A stretch of 64,000 nt of DNA, taken from NCBI GenBank assembly GCA_047602405.1, contig JASGHJ010000002.1, positions 1,408,001-1,472,000 on the forward strand. The letters are read 5' to 3'. The position numbers were made by a program, and so were the translations under genes. Every line of letters starts with the position of its first letter. Positions within the stretch are counted from its first letter, which is position 1. The notes below the pieces were generated by a model. It worked only from the letters and a program-made list of their open reading frames with translations, was not told the DNA's origin and did not search any database. The stretch comes from Anaeromyxobacteraceae bacterium (GTDB taxonomy: Bacteria; Myxococcota; Myxococcia; Myxococcales; Anaeromyxobacteraceae). Shown here one piece after another: positions 1 through 8,402 of this stretch.

Positions 1-134
1 TCGCAGGTCTCCTTCACCATCAGGTGGAGGCCTCCCTGCAAGGTGAGGACCGTATCGGGAGTGGCCTCCACGAACAGGATGTGCTCGGAGTTCACCCAGA
101 GCTCCTTACCGTCGAGGCGGGTCACGGGGATCAT
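1..134 (-). CDS. flbD: Flagellar protein FlbD (5' part; runs off window)
   Basis: Manual translation MIPVTRLDGKELWVNSEHILFVEATPDTVLTLQGG matches the FlbD pattern (I.VTRL.G...lN...I..vE.TPDTv.TL); GGAG RBS; follows flgE. Confidence 0.85.
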   Translation of the reverse strand, partial: MIPVTRLDGKELWVNSEHILFVEATPDTVLTLQGGLHLMVKETC

Positions 135-145
135 GGCGGGTCTCC

Positions 146-173
146 GGCGACCGGCCCCGGGGGGCCGGTCGCC
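146..173. terminator. GC-rich stem-loop between flgE and flbD (terminator/attenuator or mRNA stabiliser)
   Basis: GGCGACCGGCCCC..GGGGCCGGTCGCC inverted repeat; no U-tract. Confidence 0.45.
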
Positions 174-187
174 CGGGTCAGGTGAGA

Positions 188-1468
188 CTAGCGGCGCAGG
201 TTGATGAGCTCGGTGAGGAGCTGGTCGGCGGTGGTGATGGTCTTCGAGTTCGCCTGGAACGACCGCTGCGCGGCGATCATGCGCACGAACTGCTGCGCGA
301 GGTCGACGTTCGACTGCTCGAGCGAGCCGGAGATGATCGAGGCGCGCCCGCCGGAGCCCGGCTCGCCGATGACCGGCTGGCCCGAGGACTGGGTCTGCTG
401 CATCAGGTTGCCGCCGACGCGCTCCATCTGATCCGGGGCCGAGAAGCTCGCCACCGCGATCTGGCCGAGCGTGCGGGTCTGGCCGTTCGTGAAGATGCCC
501 GCCACGAAGCCCTCGGCGTCGATGCGGACGCTGGAGAGCTGGCCGGAGCCGTAGCCGTCCTGGCCGATGTAGGTCGCCGACGAGGCGGACGCGAACTGCG
601 AGACGCCGAGGAGGCCGGTGCCGCCGGTGGCGATGTCGTCGCCGAAGTCGAAGGTCAGCGGCTGCGGGCCGACCGCGTTCAGCGGGTTGAAGTTGCTCGC
701 GGCGGTCTGCGTCTGCAGCGTGCCGTCGGTGTTGAAGGTGAGCGTGCCGTTCGCGACGACCTGCCGGGTCCCGGCCGTGCCGCCGGTGAGCTCGCTGCCG
801 TCGAGCATGCCGTGCCACTGCCAGGCGCCGGTGCCCGTCTTCGTGAAGAAGACCTGCATCTTGTGCTCGCTGCCGAGCGAGTCGTAGGTGCTGACCGTGG
901 TGTTGAACGACGAGGTGCCCTCCGGGTCGGTCGGGTCCCAGGTCTGGACGGCCGCGTCGGAGTTGAGGTTCGCCTTGAAGGTGATCTCGGTGGTCGGGTT
1001 CGGCTGGGCGGACGCGGTGCCGACGAGCAGGTCGCTCGGCAGGCCGGTGACGGTGCCGGAGGCGTCGGCCGGGAAGCCCTGGACGCGCAGGCCGCCCAGG
1101 TTCACGAGGTAGCCGTTGTCGTCGATCGTGAACTGGCCGGCGCGCGAGTAGAAGTTCGCGGTCTGGCCGTTGTAGTTGCCCTTCACGACGAAGAAGCCAT
1201 TGCCCTGGAGGGCGAGGTCGGTCGCGATGCCGGTCGAGGTCAGCGCGCCCTGGGTCAGGATCTTCTGGACGCTCTTCAGCCGGGCGCCGAGGCCGATCTC
1301 GCCCGTGCCGCCGATGACCGACTGGGTGAGGGCGTCCTCGAACGCGGCGCGGCCCGCCTTGAAGCCGATGGTGTTCGAGTTGGCGATGTTGTCGCCGACG
1401 ATGGAGAGCTCGAGGGAGGAGGCTTCGAGGCCGGTGGTGCCGGAGGACAGGGCGGTGAGGAGGGACAT
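188..1468 (-). CDS. flgE: Flagellar hook protein FlgE
   Basis: N-term IGDNIANSNTIGFK-type motif, TGIATDLALQGNGFF, YSRAGQF, C-term LEQSNVDLAQQFVRMIAAQRSFQANSKTI. Confidence 0.97.
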   Translation of the reverse strand: MSLLTALSSGTTGLEASSLELSIVGDNIANSNTIGFKAGRAAFEDALTQSVIGGTGEIGLGARLKSVQKILTQGALTSTGIATDLALQGNGFFVVKGNYNGQTANFYSRAGQFTIDDNGYLVNLGGLRVQGFPADASGTVTGLPSDLLVGTASAQPNPTTEITFKANLNSDAAVQTWDPTDPEGTSSFNTTVSTYDSLGSEHKMQVFFTKTGTGAWQWHGMLDGSELTGGTAGTRQVVANGTLTFNTDGTLQTQTAASNFNPLNAVGPQPLTFDFGDDIATGGTGLLGVSQFASASSATYIGQDGYGSGQLSSVRIDAEGFVAGIFTNGQTRTLGQIAVASFSAPDQMERVGGNLMQQTQSSGQPVIGEPGSGGRASIISGSLEQSNVDLAQQFVRMIAAQRSFQANSKTITTADQLLTELINLRR

Positions 1469-1541
1469 GACGGCTTCCTTTCGGTGCTGCGGGCGGTGTG
1501 CTGCGGGCGGTTTGAGGCGGTGACGGTGGGTGGAGAGGGGG

Positions 1542-2222
1542 CTAGACCCCTGGGGCGGTGACCTGGAGGACGTCGGAGAGCTTCACGTGCCGGCCGTTGA
1601 CGACGAGGACCGGGACCTGGGAGTCGAAGAGGAGCGAGGCGACGGTGCCGCGGATGGTGAGGCTCGAGCCGACCTCGGTGTGCGTCTTGTCCCCGAGGCG
1701 GGCGTCGACGGAGACCGTGTAGTCGCCCTTCGCGACCGGGTTCCCGTTCGAGTCGAGCCCGTCCCACTCGAGGGCGTTCGTGCCGGCGCCGAGGGCGCCC
1801 GGCTTGAGGGTGCGGATCACCTTGCCGTTCGAGTCGGAGATGATGACGCTCGTCTCGTCGGCCCTGCCGTCGAGGTTGAGCTCGAACTTCACCTTCTGGC
1901 CGCGGTCGGTGACGGTGACGGCGTCGGTCTTGAAGCGGACCTCCTTGCCGACGAGCCCGGTGGCCTGGAGCTGGTTGTTGGAGGCCTGGGCGAGCGCGAG
2001 CGTGTCGAGGCGGCTGTTCGCGTTCTGGAGCTGCTCGACCGAGGAGAACTGCGCGAGCTGCGCGACCATCGCGCTGTTGTCCATCGGGTTGAGCGGGTCC
2101 TGGTACTGCAGCTGCGCGGTGAGGAGCGTCAGGAACGAGTCCTTGTTGAGCGTGTTCTTCGCCGTGACCGGGGTCTCGGTCTGGGTCGAGGGCAGGTGCG
2201 AGATGCTGGAGGTGACGGCCAT
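1542..2222 (-). CDS. flgD: Flagellar hook capping protein FlgD
   Basis: FLTLLTAQLQYQDPLNPMDNSAMVAQLAQFS and WDGLDSNG motifs; ATG at 2222 preceded by AGGAG. Confidence 0.95.
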   Translation of the reverse strand: MAVTSSISHLPSTQTETPVTAKNTLNKDSFLTLLTAQLQYQDPLNPMDNSAMVAQLAQFSSVEQLQNANSRLDTLALAQASNNQLQATGLVGKEVRFKTDAVTVTDRGQKVKFELNLDGRADETSVIISDSNGKVIRTLKPGALGAGTNALEWDGLDSNGNPVAKGDYTVSVDARLGDKTHTEVGSSLTIRGTVASLLFDSQVPVLVVNGRHVKLSDVLQVTAPGV

Positions 2223-2232
2223 GGCGTTGCTC

Positions 2233-4593
2233 CTACGCGGTGACGTCGTGGCCCGAGCGGCGGGCCGTTCGGGAGGGGGTGGGGCGCGGCGCCGGGCGCG
2301 GGGGCGGAGGCGGGGCGTCGTCGCGGGCGGTGGCGTCCTGGCCGCGCTGGCGGCCGCCGGGCTCGCTGCCGGCGTCGCGGCCGCCCTGGTCTGGCGCGGG
2401 CGGCTGCACCGGGGCGTCCCGGCGCTCGAAGTCGACGCGGGTGAGCGAGAGCCCCTCGGCGGCGAGGGCGCGGGCGAGCTCGGGCGCGCGCTGCTCGAGC
2501 GCCGAGGGATCGTCCGCCTCGATGCGCACGGTGGCGTTGCCGTCCCGCAGGCGGAGGTGGAGCGCCACGTCGCCCAGGGTCTCCGACTCGAGCCGGACGT
2601 GCGCGGCGCCGTGGCCGAGGAGGCCGGCGCCGGCGTGCGCCTCGGGGGCGGGCTCGGGCGGGCGCGGCGGGGCAGCCGGCGTGAGGTCGCGCGCGGGCGC
2701 GGCCGGCGCGGTCGCCGTCGCGGGCTGCGTGGCCTGGGCGGCGGCGGCCTGGGCGGCGGCGGGGTCGTGCTGCGCCGCGGCCGGGGCGCGGGGCGCCGCG
2801 GTGGGCTCGTCGGCGGGGGCCGGGGGGCGGGCGCGATCGCGGCGCTGCGCGGTGGGCTCGGCGGCGTGGGGGGACGCGAGCCGGGCGGCGGCGGCGAGGT
2901 CGCGCTGGGCGCGGTGATCGGCGAAGCCGGCGAGGCGGGCGTTGAAGGGGTTCGGAGGCACCGCGGCGGCGGCCGGGGCCGGGGAGGACTCCTCGGGCGC
3001 GAGGCGCCTCGCGGCGGTGTCCACGCGGGTGGCGGGAACCGGGGCGGCGGCGGGGCGGGACTCCGCCGGGAGCGCGGGCTGACGAGCGGCGCGCGGGGTG
3101 AAGGACGCGCCGGCGATGCGGGCGGGGAGCGGGAGCGCCGGGAGCGCGCGGGAGGGCGGGGAAGAGCCGGCGTCGGAGGACGTGGCCTCGTCGGCGGGGC
3201 GGGGTGAGGAGGAGGTCGTGGGCGCGGCGGGGCGGGGTGAGGAGGAGGTCGTGGGCGCGGCGGGGCGGGGTGAGGAGAACGTCGCGGTGGGCGCAGCGGG
3301 GCGGGCCTCAAGAGTTTCCGCGGGCGTGCCGATGACCGGGGTGACGGCGGACGAGACGGCGTTCGCCGGGTGAGACGGGTGAGAGACGGAAGCGGTGCGG
3401 ACCTCGGGCCGCGCGGCCGGGGAGGCGGTCCCCGGGAACGCGGAGCGGGGGAGACGCGGAGAAGACGCGGCGAGCGGAACGGGAGGGGCGAAGGGAAGGG
3501 GAGCGGGAGCCGCCGCGGGAGCGGGAACGGGAGCGGGAGCAGGAACGGGAGCGGCAGCAGGAGCAGGAACGGGAGCGGCAGCAGGAGCAGGAGCAGGAAC
3601 GGGAGCAGGAACAGGAACGGGATCACGAGCAGGATCAGGAACACGATCAGGAGCAGCATCGGGAGCAGCAGCGGCTCCTGATGCCGTGGCCGTTGCCGAT
3701 GCCGATGCCGTTGCCGATGCCGTTGTTGCTCCTGCTCCTGCTCCTGCTCCTGATCTTGATCCTGATCCGGATCCTGATCCTGATCCTGATGCCTCTGCTG
3801 CAGCAGCAGCAGGACCAGAAGGAGCAGCGGCAGGACCCACAGCAGCAGGATTGGCGGCAGCACCAGCAGCGCCAGCAGAGCCAGCAGCGCCGTCACCCTC
3901 ACCCGTCCCGCCGCCGTCCCTCGTTCCCCGCGGCTTCACCGCGCGGGCTTCGGGGGGCAGGTTCGTCGGGGTGCTCGTCCCGGCGGCCCTGCGCGACGCG
4001 GCGCGCGGGGGCAGCGCGGCGAGCGCGGCCATGAGGGCGCGGGTGTGCGACGAGACGCCGGCGGCGGCGGTGAGTGCGGCGTCGGCCGCGGCGGTGCGGC
4101 GCGGGTCGGCGGCGGCCTCGTTCGCGGGCGCGTCCGCCGCCGCGGAGCCCTCGGCGGCGTCGACGGGCGCGGCGGGAGGCGCGGCGAAGGTGTCCAGCGC
4201 GGAGGGTGCGATCCCGTCGGCCGGGACGGCCACGGGGGCGGCCTCGCGCTCGAGCGTCAGGGCGAGGCGGGGGCGCGCCTGCGGGGCCTGGGCGGGCGCG
4301 GCGGCGTCGTGCTTCCGCGGGGGCGCGGAGGCCGCGGCCCCGGTCCTCGTCGCGGGCGCCGTCCTCGCCGGGTGCGCGGGCGCGGCCGGGGCGGACGACG
4401 CCAGCTCGGCGGCGGCCTTCGCGGCGGCGAGCGCGTTCGTCAGCGCGCCGTCGAAGGCGGCGGCGGGGCAGGTCGTGGCGGCAGGGGCGGCGCGCCCGGC
4501 GCGGGCCGGCCTGACCGGGCCGGTGACCGGCGTGGGCTGGGGCGCGTCGAGGCGGCCGAGCAGGAGCTGCGTCAGCGAGGGCGTGTGGTTCAC
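2233..4593 (-). CDS. fliK: Flagellar hook-length control protein FliK (786 aa, long Ala/Pro low-complexity region)
   Basis: Position just upstream of flgD; C-terminal T3S4-like segment VRLESETLGDVALHLRL...LEQRAPELARALAAEGL. Confidence 0.8.
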   Translation of the reverse strand: MNHTPSLTQLLLGRLDAPQPTPVTGPVRPARAGRAAPAATTCPAAAFDGALTNALAAAKAAAELASSAPAAPAHPARTAPATRTGAAASAPPRKHDAAAPAQAPQARPRLALTLEREAAPVAVPADGIAPSALDTFAAPPAAPVDAAEGSAAADAPANEAAADPRRTAAADAALTAAAGVSSHTRALMAALAALPPRAASRRAAGTSTPTNLPPEARAVKPRGTRDGGGTGEGDGAAGSAGAAGAAANPAAVGPAAAPSGPAAAAAEASGSGSGSGSGSRSGAGAGAGATTASATASASATATASGAAAAPDAAPDRVPDPARDPVPVPAPVPAPAPAAAPVPAPAAAPVPAPAPVPAPAAAPAPLPFAPPVPLAASSPRLPRSAFPGTASPAARPEVRTASVSHPSHPANAVSSAVTPVIGTPAETLEARPAAPTATFSSPRPAAPTTSSSPRPAAPTTSSSPRPADEATSSDAGSSPPSRALPALPLPARIAGASFTPRAARQPALPAESRPAAAPVPATRVDTAARRLAPEESSPAPAAAAVPPNPFNARLAGFADHRAQRDLAAAARLASPHAAEPTAQRRDRARPPAPADEPTAAPRAPAAAQHDPAAAQAAAAQATQPATATAPAAPARDLTPAAPPRPPEPAPEAHAGAGLLGHGAAHVRLESETLGDVALHLRLRDGNATVRIEADDPSALEQRAPELARALAAEGLSLTRVDFERRDAPVQPPAPDQGGRDAGSEPGGRQRGQDATARDDAPPPPPRPAPRPTPSRTARRSGHDVTA
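3194..3305. repeat. 33-bp tandem repeat (~3 copies) encoding SSSPRPAAPTT in fliK
   Basis: GCGGGGCGGGGTGAGGAGGAGGTCGTGGGCGCG unit seen repeated. Confidence 0.85.
3500..3890. repeat. Hexamer/trimer microsatellite block in fliK with inverted arms
   Basis: (GGAGCA/GGAACG)n on the left, (GCTCCT/GATCCT)n on the right, plus GCCGAT and CAG runs. Confidence 0.85.
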
Positions 4594-5399
4594 GGCTTCC
4601 TCCCGGAGGCGCGCGCCAGAAGCTTGAACAGGTCGGCGGCGACCGACGGCTCCATCTTCCCGACGACCAGGGCGGAGTCGGCCGGCCGCATGCGCTCGAG
4701 CAGCGCGGCGGCGAGCGGGCGGTCCACCCGGGTCAGCACCGCGGCCGCTTCGGCGGGCTTCATGCCCTTCACGGTCTTCGACAGGGCCTCGAGCGCGCTC
4801 TGGCCGGCGGCGTCGCGCCCGGTCACGTTCTTCGCGGCGGTGGCGGCGAGGAGCGCCTCGAGCTTCTGCGTCTCCTCCTTCAGGGCGGCGCGCGCGTCCG
4901 CGATCTCCTTCGCGAGCGCCTCGAGCCGCATCCGGTCGGCCTGGACGGCGGAGCGGTCGGCGGCGCGCTGGACGGAGTTGCGGCGGAGCTCCTCGACGAG
5001 GGCGCGGCCGGTGAGGGAGGGCGGGGTGGAGGTCTCCGAGGCGGCCTGCGCCCGCACGAGGGCGCCGGCGGCCTTCTCGGCGGCGGGCCCGGGCTCCTCG
5101 GCCCGCTCCTTCGGCTCGGGCTCCTTCGGGTCCTTCTCCTTGCCCCGCGGCGCGGCGGCCCGGCGCCCCGGCTTCGGCGCCTCCGCCTTCTCGGGCTCGG
5201 CCTTCTGGGGCTCGAGGGTCGCGGGCTTCGCGGCCTCGGCGCCGGGCTTCGCCGGCTCCGCGGCGGGCTTCGGCGGCTCGGCCGCGGGCGGCGCGGCGGG
5301 CTCGTGCGGCGCGGCCGCCTCGGGGGCGCGGGGCGCGGGGGCCTCGGGGGCCTTCGGCTCCTCCGCCGAGAGGAGCAGCGCGAGCGCGAGCTCAAGCAC
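4590..5399 (-). CDS. MotE/FlbB/YlxF-like flagellar protein (MgtE N-terminal-like helical C-terminus)
   Basis: Hydrophobic N-term, coiled coil, then KGMKPAEAAAVLTRVD..LLERM.P..SALVVGKMEP; between fliI and fliK. Confidence 0.7.
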   Translation of the reverse strand: MLELALALLLSAEEPKAPEAPAPRAPEAAAPHEPAAPPAAEPPKPAAEPAKPGAEAAKPATLEPQKAEPEKAEAPKPGRRAAAPRGKEKDPKEPEPKERAEEPGPAAEKAAGALVRAQAASETSTPPSLTGRALVEELRRNSVQRAADRSAVQADRMRLEALAKEIADARAALKEETQKLEALLAATAAKNVTGRDAAGQSALEALSKTVKGMKPAEAAAVLTRVDRPLAAALLERMRPADSALVVGKMEPSVAADLFKLLARASGRKP

Positions 5400-6726
5400 G
5401 GGGCGCCTCCGCGGGTCCGAGGAGCTGGGCGAGGCGGGAGAGGGTCTGCGGGAGCGGCGAGCGCTCGTCGGGGCCCTGGCGCAGGAACGCGCGCAGGGGC
5501 TCGATGCACCGGAGCGCGCGGTCGACGCGCGGGTTCGAGCCCGCCGCGTAGGCGCCGACCTCGATGAGGTCCGCGGCCTCGCGGTACGCGGAGAGGACCT
5601 CGCGGGCCTGGCGGGCCAGCTCGAGGTGGCCGGGCTCGACGATGTCGTTCATGACGCGGGAGACCGACGCGAGCACGTCGATGGCCGGGTAGTGGCCGGA
5701 CTCGGCGAGCTTGCGCGAGAGGATGAGGTGGCCGTCGAGCGTGGCGCGCGTCGCGTCGGCGATGGGGTCGCCGATGGTGTCGTCGCCCTCGGCGAGCACC
5801 GTGTAGAACGCGGTGATGCTGCCCTCGCCGGCGTCGTTGCCCGCGCGCTCCACCAGGCGGGGGAGGAGCGCGAACGCGGAGGGCGGGTAGCCCTTGGTGG
5901 TCGGGGGCTCTCCGGCGGCGAGGCCGATCTCGCGCTGCGCCTGGGCGACGCGGGAGAGCGAGTCCATGAGCAGGAGGACGCGCTTGCCGTCGGCGCGGAA
6001 GTGCTCGGCGACGGCGGTCGCGGCGGTGGCGGCGCGCAGCCGCTTCACCGGCGACTCGTCGCTCGTGGCGACCACCACCACCGACCGGGCGAGGCCGTCG
6101 CCGAGGTCGCGCTCGATGAACTCGCGCACCTCGCGGCCGCGCTCGCCGACCAGGCCGACCACCACGACGTCGGCGTCGGCGGAGCGGGCGAGCATGCCGA
6201 GGAGGACCGACTTGCCGACCCCGGGGCCGGCCATGACGGCGATGCGCTGGCCCTCGCCGACCGTGAGGCAGGCGTCGATGGCGCGGATGCCGAGCGGCAC
6301 CGGCCGGGAGACGCGGCGGCGGTCGAGCGCCGGGGGCGGGGCGGCATGGAGGGACGTGCGGTGGCGCAGGGTGGGGGCGGGGCGGCCGTCCACCGGCTTC
6401 AGGTTGGCGTCGACCACGCGGCCGAGCAGGCCGACGCCGACCGCGACGCGGTCGGCGGCCTGGCGGGGGACCACGTCGCAGCCCTCGCCGATGCCCTGGA
6501 TCTCGCCGAGCGGCATGAGCTGGGCCGTGCCGGCCTGGAACCCGACCACCTCGGCCATCACGAGGTCGCCGTCCTTCGCGCGGATCTCGCACGCGGTGCC
6601 GACCGGGACGCGCGGCAGCGCCGCCTCCACGAGCAGGCCCGTCGCGCGCACCACCCGCCCCGTGAGCGGGGTGGGGTCGGCGGCGGCGAGGGCCCGTCCG
6701 AGGCCGGCGAGGTCGACGAGGCTCAC
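5392..6726 (-). CDS. fliI: Flagellar export ATPase FliI
   Basis: Walker A AGPGVGKS, GERGREVREF, DSLSRVAQAQREIGLAAGEPPTTKGYPPS; GTG start overlapping fliH stop. Confidence 0.96.
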   Translation of the reverse strand: MSLVDLAGLGRALAAADPTPLTGRVVRATGLLVEAALPRVPVGTACEIRAKDGDLVMAEVVGFQAGTAQLMPLGEIQGIGEGCDVVPRQAADRVAVGVGLLGRVVDANLKPVDGRPAPTLRHRTSLHAAPPPALDRRRVSRPVPLGIRAIDACLTVGEGQRIAVMAGPGVGKSVLLGMLARSADADVVVVGLVGERGREVREFIERDLGDGLARSVVVVATSDESPVKRLRAATAATAVAEHFRADGKRVLLLMDSLSRVAQAQREIGLAAGEPPTTKGYPPSAFALLPRLVERAGNDAGEGSITAFYTVLAEGDDTIGDPIADATRATLDGHLILSRKLAESGHYPAIDVLASVSRVMNDIVEPGHLELARQAREVLSAYREAADLIEVGAYAAGSNPRVDRALRCIEPLRAFLRQGPDERSPLPQTLSRLAQLLGPAEAPRA

Positions 6727-7340
6727 GCGGTGCCCTCCTCCAGCGCGGAGCGGGCCGCGCGGAAGAGCTCCTCGAGGCGGGTGTCGATCCGGCCGTCGAC
6801 GGCGCCGAAGTCGGTGTCGACCACGCAGTCGCCGAGCGCGAGGCCCGGGTCGCCGGCGACGTCGATCTTCACCGCGGTGACGCCCGCCGCGCCGGTCGAG
6901 AGCGCGCCCTCGAGGAGGGCCACGTGGGTGGGGTTCACCCGCACGACGACCTTCCGGCTCTCGCCGGCCTTCTTGACGGCCCCGCGCACGAGGGCGAAGA
7001 GCGCCTCGGGCGAGGTGGCGACCTCGGCCTCCAGGATGCGGCGGGCGACGAGGAACCCGATCTCGAGCGCGTCGGAGCGGGCCTGCTCGGAGAGCCGCTC
7101 CGCCTGGAGCCGGAGGACCTCGACGGCGTGGGCGACCTTCTCGAGCGCCTCGGCGCGGATCGCCGCCAGCTCCTCCGCGGAGGGCCCCTGCGGCTCGTCC
7201 CGCCGGCCCGCCGGGCGCTGCGGCAGGGCGCCGGCGCGGGTGGGCGGCGCGGAGCGCCCGTTCTGGAACACGGGCGGGCGCGGGTCCCCGCTCTCGGGGA
7301 TGGCGGCCAGGAAGCCGGGGCGGCGGGTCGGGGCGTTCAT
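6723..7340 (-). CDS. fliH: Flagellar assembly protein FliH
   Basis: C-term VVRVNP...DPGLALGDCVVDTDFGAVDGRIDTRL; between fliG and fliI. Confidence 0.88.
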   Translation of the reverse strand: MNAPTRRPGFLAAIPESGDPRPPVFQNGRSAPPTRAGALPQRPAGRRDEPQGPSAEELAAIRAEALEKVAHAVEVLRLQAERLSEQARSDALEIGFLVARRILEAEVATSPEALFALVRGAVKKAGESRKVVVRVNPTHVALLEGALSTGAAGVTAVKIDVAGDPGLALGDCVVDTDFGAVDGRIDTRLEELFRAARSALEEGTA

Positions 7341-7367
7341 CGTTCACTCGACGTGAGGTCGATCCTC

Positions 7368-8402
7368 CTAGACCATCTTCTCGGACGCGCCGACGATGGT
7401 GATCCGGCCCTGCTGCGCGAGCTCCTGGGCCAGCTTCGCGATTCCTGCTGGGCGGCCTCGACCGAGGACAGCTTGACCGGGCCCATCGCGGCGAGGTCGT
7501 CGGAGAGCATCTCGGCCGCGCGGGACGAGAGGTTGCCGAGGAACTTCTGGCGGACGTCGGCGGTCGCGCCCTTGAGGGCCACGGTGAGCCGCTGCGCGTC
7601 GATTCTCGCGGAGGAGCTGCTGGAGGTCCTTGTCGGCCAGGTTGCCGAGGTCGGCGAAGGTGAAGAGCCGGCCGCGGACCTCGCCGGCGAGCCCGGCGTC
7701 GTCCTTCTCGATCTCGGAGAGCACGACGCCCTGCTGCTGGGGCGCCATCCGGCGGAGGATCTCGAGGGCGGTCGCCTTGCCGTCGACCTTGCGCATGCCG
7801 CCCGCGACGAGCGCCTTCAGCTCGGCGGAGAGGGCCTGCCCCACCTCGCGGAGCACCTCGGGCGCCACCGAGTCGATGGTGGTCATGCGGCGGATGACGT
7901 CGGGGCGGACCTTCTCGGGGATCCGGTCCATGACGCCGGCGGCGCGCTGGGAGTCGAGCGAGGAGAGGACGAGGGCGATGGTCTGGGGCTGCTCGCGCGA
8001 GAGCACCATCGCGAGCGCCTCCGGGTCGGCCTGGGACACCGGGCCGAGCACCTCGTCGGGCGGGGGCGGGGGCACCACGCCGTCGAAGGCGCGGCGGGCG
8101 GTCTCGGGGCCGAGGGCCTTCGAGGCGATCTCGCGCAGGAGCTCGTCCCCCGCGGCCGCGTCGCCGCCGACGCTCTCCATGGTGCTGATGAACTCGTCGA
8201 GGGCCTCGCCGACCGCGCCCGGGCCGCGGGTGCGGAGCACCTTCGCGCCGAGGGCCACGCGGCGGAGCTCGGTCTCGCCGAAGAGCTTGAAGACCGCGCC
8301 GGCGATGTCGGGCCCGAGCCCGAGCAGGACGGCGGCGGCGCGCTGGCAGCCGACGGAGGACGCCTCCGCCATGATCGTGACCTGGGAGACCTGCTCAGCC
8401 AT
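7368..8402 (-). CDS. fliG: Flagellar motor switch protein FliG (two compensating apparent indels near 7603 and 7442)
   Basis: AAAVLLGLG, EQPQTIALVLS, LFTFADL; the conserved C-term ALKGA..NLSSRAAEML.DDL..MGPVKLSSVEAAQ lies in another frame between the two GATTC sites. Confidence 0.92.
   Translation of the reverse strand: MAEQVSQVTIMAEASSVGCQRAAAVLLGLGPDIAGAVFKLFGETELRRVALGAKVLRTRGPGAVGEALDEFISTMESVGGDAAAGDELLREIASKALGPETARRAFDGVVPPPPPDEVLGPVSQADPEALAMVLSREQPQTIALVLSSLDSQRAAGVMDRIPEKVRPDVIRRMTTIDSVAPEVLREVGQALSAELKALVAGGMRKVDGKATALEILRRMAPQQQGVVLSEIEKDDAGLAGEVRGRLFTFADLGNLADKDLQQLLRENRRAAAHRGPQGRDRRRPPEVPRQPLVPRGRDALRRPRRDGPGQAVLGRGRPAGIAKLAQELAQQGRITIVGASEKMV

Noticed and set aside
3194..3890. 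CRISPR array or mobile element
   Set aside because: Repeats are contiguous, in-frame and lack unique spacers; no cas or transposase genes in the window
1542..3902. 786-aa ORF extending FlgD with a Leu/Gln-rich N-terminus
   Set aside because: Alternative frame of the fliK repeats; FlgD homology and an RBS begin at 2222; stop-free frames are common at this GC content
4045..7356. 1103-aa plus-strand ORF (likewise 28697-32599, 44354-49699, most of 57888-62612 and other giant ORFs)
   Set aside because: Antisense or off-frame shadows of well-supported genes, with Arg/Gly/Pro-rich text and no motifs
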